A DNA stretch of 34,087 nt, from contig PEAD01000031.1 of the NCBI GenBank assembly GCA_002753335.1, positions 1-34,087 of the forward strand. The letters run 5' to 3'. The notes under the pieces were generated by a model. It saw nothing but the letters and a program-made list of their open reading frames with translations, was not told the origin of the DNA and made no database searches. This stretch comes from Nitrospirae bacterium MYbin3 (GTDB lineage Bacteria; Nitrospirota; Thermodesulfovibrionia; Thermodesulfovibrionales; Dissulfurispiraceae). Shown in pieces: positions 17,803-26,142 of this stretch. How positions within the stretch are numbered: the stretch's first letter is position 1; each line of letters opens with the position of its first letter. A program made the position numbers and the translations under genes.

Positions 17803-18684
17803 TTAAGCCTTGCTTGAGCCTCCCAGCGCATTGGCTATAACATCAGCAAACGACAGTAAGATGTTTTCGTCCGCCGCATCCCTCTTGTGCCCATCTTTCA
17901 CATAGACGTTGATGACGCCCAAAAGACGATCGCCAGCCATGATCGGAACACAGTAATGGCCGTGCGGGTGGCCGTTCGGCTGCAGCACATGCTTCTTATC
18001 CATTTTGCCCGAAAATACGATGGCACGGGTTGAAGCTGCCTCTCCGCAAAGGCAGGTGCCGACAGGAACCGTAGGGCAGGAAGCACTGCTCAGGGATGCT
18101 TTTGATACAAGCTGGTCAGATCTTTCATCCATAAGATAGATAGCGCCTTTTGTCTGGATGAACAGACGAGGGATCGAAACAATCAGCTGCAGCGCCTGAG
18201 TAAGTTTTTCCTCTAATGTCAGCGGCCTGAGGAAAACCCTAAGCATTTCTGTGATCGCCTTCATCTTCATTTCCATCTTGTGCTTGTAGAGAGCCATGCC
18301 TATGGTGATTATCAGATCTCTCTGGGTGAAGGGCTTTACTATATATCCGTACGGCTCGGTTATCTTGGCCCGATGCAGGGTGTCGAGGTCAGAATGTGCG
18401 GTCAGATAAACAAAGGGTATGTGAAGGCGCTTTTCTATCTGTGTTGCCGCCTCTATGCCGTCCATGTCGCCTTCCAGCGTTATATCCATAAGGATCATAT
18501 CCGGCATGAGATCTTCAGCTTTTTGTATTGCTTCTTTTCCTGAGGAGGCTATGTCACAGACATTGTAGCCTATTTTTTTCAGTTTGGATTCTATATCCCT
18601 TGCCGTAATAATCTCGTCCTCGACAACAAGGATATTTATTCCTGTAGAAATCACTCCGCTAAAAGCATCACTGTTTTTTTCCAT
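17803..18684 (-). CDS. Response regulator with REC + GAF domains
   Basis: ILVVEDE, MDITLEGDMDGI, LTAH, YIVKPF; C-terminal GTCLCGEAA...HYCVPI...LGVINVY GAF domain. Confidence 0.88.
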   Translation of the reverse strand: MEKNSDAFSGVISTGINILVVEDEIITARDIESKLKKIGYNVCDIASSGKEAIQKAEDLMPDMILMDITLEGDMDGIEAATQIEKRLHIPFVYLTAHSDLDTLHRAKITEPYGYIVKPFTQRDLIITIGMALYKHKMEMKMKAITEMLRVFLRPLTLEEKLTQALQLIVSIPRLFIQTKGAIYLMDERSDQLVSKASLSSASCPTVPVGTCLCGEAASTRAIVFSGKMDKKHVLQPNGHPHGHYCVPIMAGDRLLGVINVYVKDGHKRDAADENILLSFADVIANALGGSSKA

Positions 18685-18704
18685 TTCACTACCTCCTCGG
18701 GTTT

Positions 18705-19811
18705 TTAAAAGGTTATTCTAAATTCTGTGCCATGCTCTCTGTCAACTGTAATGCTGCCTTTTAGTTTTCTTGTTACCAGGTCGTGTACCAACTGCACCCC
18801 CAGAGAGCGGGTTGTCTTGAAACTGAAGCTTTCGGGCAAGCCAACTCCATTATCACTCACAACCAGAAGGCGAGAGCCGTTTTCAAGCTGGTGAAAACCG
18901 ATTTTTATCTCACCCTCTTTTTTGTCAGGGAAGGCATATTTAAGGCAGTTTGAAACTAGCTCGCAAACAATGAGAGCGCAGGGAATCATAGTGTCTATTG
19001 GGAGCTGTTCGATAGATATATCGAGTTTTAAAACAGGTCTGACGAAGCTTTGTCTGAAGGACGCTATCAGTTCGGCCGTCAACTCCTGAAAATATTCGAG
19101 CACATGCAGGTGTGACATATCGGATGACTGGTATAATTTTTCGTGGATAAGAGCCATCGTCCGTATGCTGTTCAGGCTGTCCCTGAAAACATTCTGATAG
19201 TTATCGCTGTTCAACGATTCTGTTTGAAGGCTCAAGAGGCTGGATATAATTTGAAGATTGTTCTTTACCCTGTGGTGGACCTCTTTGAGCAGTATCTCCT
19301 TGTCTTTTAACGACGCCATGATTTTGTTCTCGGTTTCTATCCGTGCCTGTACTTCAAGGGTAAGATTGTTATTAGCTTCCTGTAAATCCTTTGTTCTGTC
19401 ATCTATAACCTTTTGTAGCTGCTCATTGTATAGGACTAAGTGGTCCTCCATTTCTTTGCGCTCGTTGATCGTTTTTACGAAATGGATTATCCCCTCGACC
19501 TTACCATCGTTCTGCTCGTTTAAGATGGGATAAGCGGTTATTTCTAAATGACTGTTAAGCAGCGGCTCGAAAATTTCGCTGATAGTTGTTTTTTTCGTAT
19601 CGATACTTTTTACGAAAGGGCAGTTGCCGTGCGGTTCTTTTGTGCAATGCATCACATCATAGCATTGTCTGCCGAGAATGCCTTCGGAACTTGATTTCAA
19701 AGCATCTAGGAATGCTTTGTTGGCGCGGACAATTTTAAAATTACTGTCATGCAGCGTAACCATATCGGTCAGGATGTCGAAGCTGTCTGACCAGTATTTT
19801 TCTAAATCCAA
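18705..19811 (-). CDS. PAS-domain histidine kinase (HisKA_2 type)
   Basis: PAS with GRQCYDVMH..CP; LLKEVHHRVKNNLQIISSLL H-box; ELVSNCLKYAF, DNGVGLP, SLG motifs. Confidence 0.9.
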   Translation of the reverse strand: MDLEKYWSDSFDILTDMVTLHDSNFKIVRANKAFLDALKSSSEGILGRQCYDVMHCTKEPHGNCPFVKSIDTKKTTISEIFEPLLNSHLEITAYPILNEQNDGKVEGIIHFVKTINERKEMEDHLVLYNEQLQKVIDDRTKDLQEANNNLTLEVQARIETENKIMASLKDKEILLKEVHHRVKNNLQIISSLLSLQTESLNSDNYQNVFRDSLNSIRTMALIHEKLYQSSDMSHLHVLEYFQELTAELIASFRQSFVRPVLKLDISIEQLPIDTMIPCALIVCELVSNCLKYAFPDKKEGEIKIGFHQLENGSRLLVVSDNGVGLPESFSFKTTRSLGVQLVHDLVTRKLKGSITVDREHGTEFRITF

Positions 19812-19908
19812 AATATTCTCCTTAGCAAATATAGGTTAATGATTTATGAATTATATGCACAGAAAAGCTGTTTTGTAAAATTTCAGAACAGGCAACTCTG
19901 CTGCAAAA

Positions 19909-20370
19909 CTACCGGGTACGTGTTTTTTTGCGTCTTGTTCCAGAGTGTTTTGTTTTGATATGTTTTTGTTTCTTGTAAAATATGAAAAATTCTTTTGGAG
20001 AAAGGACTTTGACCTGTTCGCAAAGTTCAGAGGGAAAATGATTTTGATTTCCTGTGACAAGGCATGATGTTTTACTTGAGATAGCGACTTCAAGAAATGC
20101 TTCGTCATCAGAATCGGGTAGTGGTTTTTTCAAAGGCAAAGCCGCTATTAGTTTACCCTGAAGTTTGATGTAGTCGAGAAGGTCAGCTACTTTTTTTTCT
20201 TCAAATTTAAATTTTGGCCTGCGAAGCACCTCGTCATACTCCGATAGAATGCGGGCGTCAAAATAAAGTGTCAGCTCGCCTGCCGAAACCATACGAACTA
20301 TTTCGCCACAGCCTCCAAAAGGCGAGAGCAGCCCGGCAACAAGAACATTAGTGTCCAGCACAATGTTCAT
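19909..20370 (-). CDS. PIN-domain (VapC-like) toxin
   Basis: IVLDTNVLVAGL, EYDEVLRRPKF, DSDDEAFLEVA, LVTGN..HFP. Confidence 0.88.
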   Translation of the reverse strand: MNIVLDTNVLVAGLLSPFGGCGEIVRMVSAGELTLYFDARILSEYDEVLRRPKFKFEEKKVADLLDYIKLQGKLIAALPLKKPLPDSDDEAFLEVAISSKTSCLVTGNQNHFPSELCEQVKVLSPKEFFIFYKKQKHIKTKHSGTRRKKTRTR

Positions 20371-20660
20371 CGGGTTCGTTTTTTGCGGACAGCCTTTATT
20401 TCTGCGTTTATCTCATCCATTGTAATTTTGTCGGTTCCCTGTTCGACTGACTTGAGCTGCAGGTCAGCAGCAGCTCTGATGGATCGAGACTGCCGAAATG
20501 AAGCGATTGACTCTTCAAGGCTTGCTTCGGTTGCAGACGCAAGAATGGCAATTGGCCGCCCATTGCTGGTAATTACCATCTCTTTTTCAGAAGGAAGTTC
20601 TTTCCATATTTGTGCCGACTTCCCTCTTAAATCACGAACACTCAAAAATCTCATAACCAT
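20367..20660 (-). CDS. Phd/YefM-family antitoxin
   Basis: SVRDLRGK...VITSNGRPIAIL; 4-bp overlap with the toxin start. Confidence 0.85.
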   Translation of the reverse strand: MVMRFLSVRDLRGKSAQIWKELPSEKEMVITSNGRPIAILASATEASLEESIASFRQSRSIRAAADLQLKSVEQGTDKITMDEINAEIKAVRKKRTR

Positions 20661-20670
20661 GTCCTCCGTA

Positions 20671-20710
20671 TGTGTATTAAATTATGTACACAAATGTCAC
20701 TCAATGTCAA
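20671..20710 (-). promoter_or_regulatory. TA promoter with candidate autorepression operator
   Basis: On the - strand TTGACA (20710-20705), N18, CATAAT (20686-20681). Inverted repeat TGTGTA (20671-20676) / TACACA (20687-20692) spans the -10. Confidence 0.55.
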
Positions 20711-20798
20711 ATTTGCTGTCAAAACCTCATTGACAGGCCGGTCATAAAAAACGGTATTATTACGGCAGAGAAAATCCTAAAATTCTATAGAGGGGAGA

Positions 20799-21152
20799 TT
20801 GAATATCTTGCAAAATGACGCTGCTAATAAATGTGTAACGGTTATATCCGATCAAGGTCCGTCCGTAAATATTGAATCTCCTGAGCTGACAAGAGAATGC
20901 AAGCCACCTGTCAAAGTAGTTGCCCGCTTTATTCCGAACAACGGCAAAGATGTGGATCTCTCAACTCTCAAGGTTGAGATGCTCAAATTCATCTCTATTG
21001 ACCTCACATCAAAGGTTATGCCTTATGCCACAACCGAAGGCATTTTTGCCGAAGACCTGCCTCTCCCATCCGGAAATCACAAGATACGGCTTTCTATCGG
21101 GGATACGGGCGGCGGGGTAACAAGGCTACAGTTTGAGATAAAGGTTGCATGA
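20799..21152 (+). CDS. Small hypothetical protein, beta-rich (Ig-like?)
   Basis: Purine-rich RBS (AGAGGGGAG) before a TTG start; GPxVxIxSP...DLT...LPSGxHxIRL pattern of alternating beta strands. Confidence 0.6.
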   Translation: MNILQNDAANKCVTVISDQGPSVNIESPELTRECKPPVKVVARFIPNNGKDVDLSTLKVEMLKFISIDLTSKVMPYATTEGIFAEDLPLPSGNHKIRLSIGDTGGGVTRLQFEIKVA

Positions 21153-21216
21153 TTAAAATAATGAACCTGAATCTCTTTTCGCATGATATAATGGTAGTCA
21201 TTGAGGAGGTGGGTGA

Positions 21217-22377
21217 ATGGAATTATACGATTTTATCAATACCGATTTTCGTCCGTCTTTAGCGAAAGATGGGGCGGTCAGGACCGTAGTAGAAAAACGG
21301 GAGACCCAGCAGGAGAAGATCGAAGCTATCGAAAGCGGCATTGAAGAGCTGAAAAAGGAGCGCGATGAGCTTTTGGCGCAGCTTCGCACGGCGCAGGCTG
21401 ACAAGGATGCTGCAATCAAAGAAGAAAAAGATTTAAGAGAAAACGTAATCCGTCTTAATGAAAAGACCGATAATCTTTCTGCCGCAAAAGATGAGCTGCT
21501 CAAAAGGCTTGTCTGGTACGAAAACAATGTTGAAATGATTAAAAAAGACCGCAGCGACCTTGATGCCCAACTCCAGTTACGTTTGTCGGAGTTGGATCAC
21601 AAGACAAATGAAATAAAAAGGCTGGAGGCTGAACTAGAACCGCTTCGTCACGAACTCACCGAAACTCTCCTCAAGATGAAGCATGCGAAGGACGAAGAAA
21701 AGATCGCCCAGAATAATCTGTTTGCGGTAAAATCTGATCTCGCCGAATACATCGAAAAAACTAAAAAGGCGGTCATTATTGCATGTGCTGTTGTTCTTAT
21801 TGCGATAGCTTTTTTTATATTGTATAACTTGCCCGATAAGTCTATCGAACAAAGGCCGGCAGGCAAGCCTGTTTCTAAGGCTGATAATGAAGCGAAACCT
21901 GATGAATCAGGACGCAATTTACTGGATGCCCCCATGTCAAAATCTGCGCAGCAAAAGTCTGTTGCTGGTAATGTTTCTGCCGCATGGCACGGGACTCCCT
22001 ATGCCCTTGATATCGAGGAACTAAAGATTTTTGTGGTGCTTTTAAAATCGGATGAGCTATCAAAATTGCCTGCTTTGGCAGGGCAGGGACAAAATGATTT
22101 ATATCATTTTTATCGGGTCGAAATCAGCGCAAAAAAGAGCGATGTATCTGAGGAGTTTTTAAAGTCGCCTTCTATTGATTTTATCGGTGAAAATAATAGG
22201 CGAACCCAGCAGAGCGACTCCGGTTCAGTATTAAGAATTTTGTCCCCTTCTTTATCTGAGGGGCAGAACAGGACTGTTCAATTCCAATGCCCGGTGGCTG
22301 TTAGAAAGGATTTTAATCCGGCCGGGATTATAATCGGACCACTTAACAAAAGGATACTTAAAATTCAAATAGCCTGA
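21217..22377 (+). CDS. Coiled-coil + single-TM hypothetical protein
   Basis: GAGGAGG RBS; about 160 aa of E/K-rich heptads, TM segment AVIIACAVVLIAIAFFILY, then a linker and a globular C-terminal domain. Confidence 0.8.
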   Translation: MELYDFINTDFRPSLAKDGAVRTVVEKRETQQEKIEAIESGIEELKKERDELLAQLRTAQADKDAAIKEEKDLRENVIRLNEKTDNLSAAKDELLKRLVWYENNVEMIKKDRSDLDAQLQLRLSELDHKTNEIKRLEAELEPLRHELTETLLKMKHAKDEEKIAQNNLFAVKSDLAEYIEKTKKAVIIACAVVLIAIAFFILYNLPDKSIEQRPAGKPVSKADNEAKPDESGRNLLDAPMSKSAQQKSVAGNVSAAWHGTPYALDIEELKIFVVLLKSDELSKLPALAGQGQNDLYHFYRVEISAKKSDVSEEFLKSPSIDFIGENNRRTQQSDSGSVLRILSPSLSEGQNRTVQFQCPVAVRKDFNPAGIIIGPLNKRILKIQIA

Positions 22378-22429
22378 ATTTAGCGCTAGAATTTTGTCTC
22401 CTGCTGTTTTATTGTTTAAAATCTTCAAG

Positions 22430-22457
22430 TTGCCCCCCCCCCCTAGGACAGTATTGT
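22430..22457 (+). promoter_or_regulatory. Candidate promoter of the man1-mamK operon containing a C11 homopolymer
   Basis: TTGCCC (22430-22435), N16, TATTGT (22452-22457). The C run spans 22433-22443. Confidence 0.35.
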
Positions 22458-22559
22458 TTTTTCTAAATTCATCTATGTTAAGCTATTGATTAGAATGTCA
22501 GTTTGTGGTTTAATAAAAGTCATGATTTTTCCAATACGCAGCATATATCGGGAGGCGCC

Positions 22560-23051
22560 ATGAATGAAAATGTCGCAAAAATGATGACAGGGGGCGAGGC
22601 TGTTATGGAAGATGTTCTTGATTATTCATGTGCGTCTGTGGAGTATGCCGGTCTTGTAATGTACAGCTATGTGAAAAGAGGCGGCAGGTTTGCGCTCGAT
22701 CCTTTGGAAAAAGTGGCTTTTCCTGTATGCAGCAAAGTGGGGGCTGCCTATGGATGGACGCTTAAAGGTATTCAATCAGGGGCCGGGAAGATATCAGGGC
22801 TTGGAAGAATAGCTTGGCCGGGCGGGGCTTCGAAAAGGCTGGATGCTGTTGAGAAAAGACTGGCCGAAATAGATAGCCTGAAAGAACTGCTAGCCAAGAT
22901 AGACGAAAGACTGGATTACATCGAGAGACATGGCATAGTGGCTTCAAGAGAGGGCGGCCTTGAGGTTAAAGGCAAAAAGCTGGACGAATCGAGGCTTATG
23001 GTGCTCAGGACTATTGTTGCAGAAAATATTGACCTCTTGTCAGAGAACTAA
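22560..23051 (+). CDS. man1: Magnetosome-cluster protein, Man1-like (by position), with coiled-coil C-terminus
   Basis: GGAGG RBS favours the ATG at 22560 over the ORF-track start at 22503. Lies directly upstream of mamK, as recalled for Nitrospirota clusters; the name comes from synteny only. Confidence 0.55.
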   Translation: MNENVAKMMTGGEAVMEDVLDYSCASVEYAGLVMYSYVKRGGRFALDPLEKVAFPVCSKVGAAYGWTLKGIQSGAGKISGLGRIAWPGGASKRLDAVEKRLAEIDSLKELLAKIDERLDYIERHGIVASREGGLEVKGKKLDESRLMVLRTIVAENIDLLSEN

Positions 23052-23076
23052 AAAATTCAAATAAAGGACGGTACTG

Positions 23077-24150
23077 ATGGGACATCATAAAATTATAAAC
23101 ATAGGCATAGACCTCGGAACATCAAGAAGCGTTGCGTCTGCGGATAATGGAGTGAGGACTTATCTTGCGAGCGTTGTTGGTTATCCCAAGGATGCGGTTT
23201 CTTCAAAGCTCTTCGGCAGAAGCATAATATTCGGAGAAGAGGCTTTTAAAAACAGGATCTCTCTGAACATCTTCAGGCCTTTTGAAAACGGCATGCTGAA
23301 GATATCCAAAGAGATGGATGAAAAATCTGATGAATACAAAAAAGCGATGGAGACCGCAAAGGAGCTGCTGAATCGTTTGATCGAGCTTGTTCTGGATGAA
23401 GAGCAGATGGATCGCAAAGATATTATCCTGAGAGGCGTGCTTGGAGCCCCAGCGCTTGCGAGCAGAAAGAATAAAAAATCCCTGCTTGATGTGGCGAAGG
23501 ACCTGCTTGACGATGTTATGATCGTTTCGGAGCCGTTTGCTGTTGCATACGGGCTGAAGCTGCTCACCAATACACTGATTATAGATATCGGGGCCGGCAC
23601 CGTTGACCTCTGCAGAATGTCAGGCACGATGCCTACTGATGAAGATCAGATAACCACAACGCATGCCGGAGATTATATTGATCAGGTGTTCTATGACCTC
23701 TTGAAAAAGAAATACAAAGACGCGAATTTTTCTGTAAATATGGTGCGGAAGATTAAAGAAGAAAATTCGACCATATCAAAACATGGCGACAGTATTTTTA
23801 TAGAACTGCCGGTAAAAGGCAAACCGACCAAGCATGATGTTACTGAGGAGCTTAGGGAAGCCTGCATGAGCATTGTGCCCGAAATAGTTGAAGGGGTCCG
23901 CCAGCTCATATCCTCATTCGATCCGGAGTTTCAGAGCTACCTCAAGGACAATGTTGTTCTTGCAGGAGGCGGAAGCCAGATCGTGGGCCTGAAGAAAGAG
24001 ATAGAGGACTACATGAACGCCACCCTCGGATACGGCAGGGTCACCAAGGTTGAAGAGCCTTTATATGCGGGGGCAAACGGCGCTTTGTATCTCTGCAAAG
24101 ACATGCCTGAAGAGTACTGGCATCAGGTGAAGGGCAAAGGGAAAGTTTAG
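23077..24150 (+). CDS. mamK: Actin-like magnetosome chain protein MamK
   Basis: IGIDLGTSRS, SVVGYPKD, SEPFAVAYG, IDIGAGTVDLC, AGGGSQ, EPLYAGANGAL..DMPEEYW: MamK-type motifs. Confidence 0.93.
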   Translation: MGHHKIINIGIDLGTSRSVASADNGVRTYLASVVGYPKDAVSSKLFGRSIIFGEEAFKNRISLNIFRPFENGMLKISKEMDEKSDEYKKAMETAKELLNRLIELVLDEEQMDRKDIILRGVLGAPALASRKNKKSLLDVAKDLLDDVMIVSEPFAVAYGLKLLTNTLIIDIGAGTVDLCRMSGTMPTDEDQITTTHAGDYIDQVFYDLLKKKYKDANFSVNMVRKIKEENSTISKHGDSIFIELPVKGKPTKHDVTEELREACMSIVPEIVEGVRQLISSFDPEFQSYLKDNVVLAGGGSQIVGLKKEIEDYMNATLGYGRVTKVEEPLYAGANGALYLCKDMPEEYWHQVKGKGKV

Positions 24151-24152
24151 TC

Positions 24153-24392
24153 TTGGATATTCTCAAAAAAACTTTTCTGCCGGTCTTTTCGCTGCTTTTT
24201 TTGCTTGCGGTTTTTTTGGACCAGAACAATACACCGGTGCCGATGAAGATAATATTGGGAGCTCCGGTTCATATGTCGTTAAGCATAATCATTGTTGCAA
24301 GCATGCTGGCCGGCGCAGGCTGCTCGTTTGCAGGTTTTTTTATCTATAAGTTGATGAAGGGCAAATTAAATAAAAACGGTCAACAGAACTGA
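24153..24392 (+). CDS. man2: Small 2-TM protein, LapA/MamL-like (Man2)
   Basis: TM, QN..V, TM, basic tail architecture typical of MamL/LapA-like proteins; immediately after mamK; TTG start. Confidence 0.6.
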   Translation: MDILKKTFLPVFSLLFLLAVFLDQNNTPVPMKIILGAPVHMSLSIIIVASMLAGAGCSFAGFFIYKLMKGKLNKNGQQN

Positions 24393-24424
24393 ACAGTAGA
24401 TGGTTAATAAATCAGGAGGCATTT

Positions 24425-24907
24425 ATGGGAAATGATTTCAGGTACAAAATGGAGCACATTGGAGATTGTTTTGCCGGCATGATAGAAAAAGTTTCCGGAA
24501 AAGTTTCGGAAAAGGTTTCTGGGTTTGGATGTTCATCAGGTCAAGAGTGTAATGGGGGAAAGGACTTAAGGTACAAAGTCCAGCACGGCGGCGATTATTT
24601 TGTGGGCATGATAGAAAAAGTTGCCGACTCGGCGAAATCATCCGCAAGGGGTGTTATCCTCACATATGATATAAACCAGACCGAAAAGAAGGAAGAGAAG
24701 CTCTTAAAGCAGATAGGCGAGCATGCGGCGCATATCTGCAAAGAGAACCCCTCGTTTGCGCAGGATGAAAAACTCAAAGCTCTTCTGGAAAAGTTTGATG
24801 CATTAGAAGATAAAAAGAGCTTGTTTGTTGCAGAGAGAGACAAGCTCTTGTACCCCGAAAAGAAAGCAGCTGAGCCGGTTATGGCTCATATGCTCGAAAC
24901 CGCATAA
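24425..24907 (+). CDS. mad10: Mad10-like magnetosome protein with a duplicated N-terminal segment
   Basis: AGGAGG RBS; charged helical C-terminal half (YDI...KLLKQIGE). Name from synteny and general resemblance. Confidence 0.55.
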   Translation: MGNDFRYKMEHIGDCFAGMIEKVSGKVSEKVSGFGCSSGQECNGGKDLRYKVQHGGDYFVGMIEKVADSAKSSARGVILTYDINQTEKKEEKLLKQIGEHAAHICKENPSFAQDEKLKALLEKFDALEDKKSLFVAERDKLLYPEKKAAEPVMAHMLETA

Positions 24908-24921
24908 CAGGAGGAAAAAGA

Positions 24922-25053
24922 ATGTCAAAAGTATTGATAGGCGTTTTTGTCGGGGTATTTATAAGCTCACTTCTTTATGAAATACTGTATCGCAATGATC
25001 CTGAATTGGTGGACGGACTTGTTGCTAAACTCAGGGACAAGATAGCGGATTAA
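24922..25053 (+). CDS. 43-aa single-TM small protein (man3 position), absent from the ORF track
   Basis: AGGAGG RBS at 24909-24914. Translates to MSKVLIGVFVGVFISSLLYEILYRNDPELVDGLVAKLRDKIAD*. Confidence 0.75.
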   Translation: MSKVLIGVFVGVFISSLLYEILYRNDPELVDGLVAKLRDKIAD

Positions 25054-25144
25054 CAGACATAGATTTTTTATGTCTCCTTTATTATTATTTAAAACAACCC
25101 CTAATCCAGCAAGATAGCGGATTAACAGACATAGATTTTTTATG
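25038..25144 (+). repeat. Perfect 35-bp direct repeat (2 copies, 37-bp spacer)
   Basis: CAAGATAGCGGATTAACAGACATAGATTTTTTATG at 25038-25072 and 25110-25144. Confidence 0.9.
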
Positions 25145-25186
25145 GGGGGAGTAAATCAGTTTACTCCCCCTTGGTTTCTTTATTTT
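25145..25186 (+). terminator. GC-rich hairpin followed by a T-rich tract (intrinsic terminator or attenuator) before mamP
   Basis: GGGGGAGTAAA-TCAG-TTTACTCCCCC (11-bp perfect stem) followed by TTGGTTTCTTTATTTT. Confidence 0.65.
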
Positions 25187-25209
25187 TAGATGGAGGGTTT
25201 TAGGATAGT

Positions 25210-26142
25210 ATGGTAAATGGTTTGTGGAAGCTATTTAATTATCTGGTCATAATTCTGATTCTTGGTGTGGCCGCTTATGTGATCATTTTTAAACACCCGG
25301 GCATAGGGAATGTTGAAGAAGATGTTTTGAAACAGAATGTCCGCCAGAACGCGCAATACCCTAAGTTTGTGGCTTGGCTGTTCGATAAAAAAACACCGGC
25401 TGATCAGATGCCCATGTACCCTGATACTCCTCAGTCGGGCGTAAATTATAATCCGAACCTGCAGGGGAATTTTCAGAACACCCCTATGGATAATCAGCCG
25501 AACCAGCAGAATGTCGAGCCTTTTCCTGACCCGGTTGCTCCCGGCAACGCAGGTTTATTTGCGGCTGCGCCTGCTCAGGCTCCGATGATGTCTAATCTTA
25601 TGGAAAAGGTTCTTCAGGAAGGACATTGGATAGGCCTTGAAGTTGGCCCACTAACACCTGCGCTTGCTGCTGCCAACGGCATCCCTCTGAATATCAGGGG
25701 GGTGCTGGTGGATGAGGTTACTTTGCTTGCGGCAAGCAGCGGCATCATTGCCGGAGATGTCATCTCTGCAATCAACGAAATTGAAACCCCAGATTTATAT
25801 GCGTTCAAGGCGGCTACCCGGCCAATTGCGATGTCAAAACAGGCAACCGTAACGGTCTATCGAGTCGGGTCTTATAAGAAGATTGCGGTGCGCGGATTTG
25901 AGGAGCTTGGTCTTGCACAGATGGAGGCGGCCCCAATGATAAATGCGACAGACCCAAGCCCTCACGGATATTACGGGCCGTGTTTTAGGTGTCATGCAAT
26001 TTCGAAGACGGTGAAAAATACAGGACAGCTTGCCAAGGATGGCGGAGATGTTCTGGCGGTAAAAGCCCCTCCAATAAAGTGGGGCGCAAAACCGATTCAC
26101 GGCAATAGAGGAACATGCACAAACTGCCACAAACTAATTTAA
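25210..26142 (+). CDS. mamP: Magnetosome protein MamP (TM, PDZ, two magnetochrome heme sites)
   Basis: N-terminal TM, EGHWIGLEV PDZ domain, and two magnetochrome motifs PHGYYGPCFRCH and IHGNRGTCTNCH. Confidence 0.93.
   Translation: MVNGLWKLFNYLVIILILGVAAYVIIFKHPGIGNVEEDVLKQNVRQNAQYPKFVAWLFDKKTPADQMPMYPDTPQSGVNYNPNLQGNFQNTPMDNQPNQQNVEPFPDPVAPGNAGLFAAAPAQAPMMSNLMEKVLQEGHWIGLEVGPLTPALAAANGIPLNIRGVLVDEVTLLAASSGIIAGDVISAINEIETPDLYAFKAATRPIAMSKQATVTVYRVGSYKKIAVRGFEELGLAQMEAAPMINATDPSPHGYYGPCFRCHAISKTVKNTGQLAKDGGDVLAVKAPPIKWGAKPIHGNRGTCTNCHKLI

Noticed and set aside
23077..24150. Housekeeping mreB
   Set aside because: No mreCD neighbours; the motifs and context fit MamK.
25038..25144. CRISPR array (35-bp repeat, 37-bp spacer)
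   Set aside because: Only two copies, the first overlaps a coding 3' end, and there are no cas genes in the window. A local duplication explains it better.
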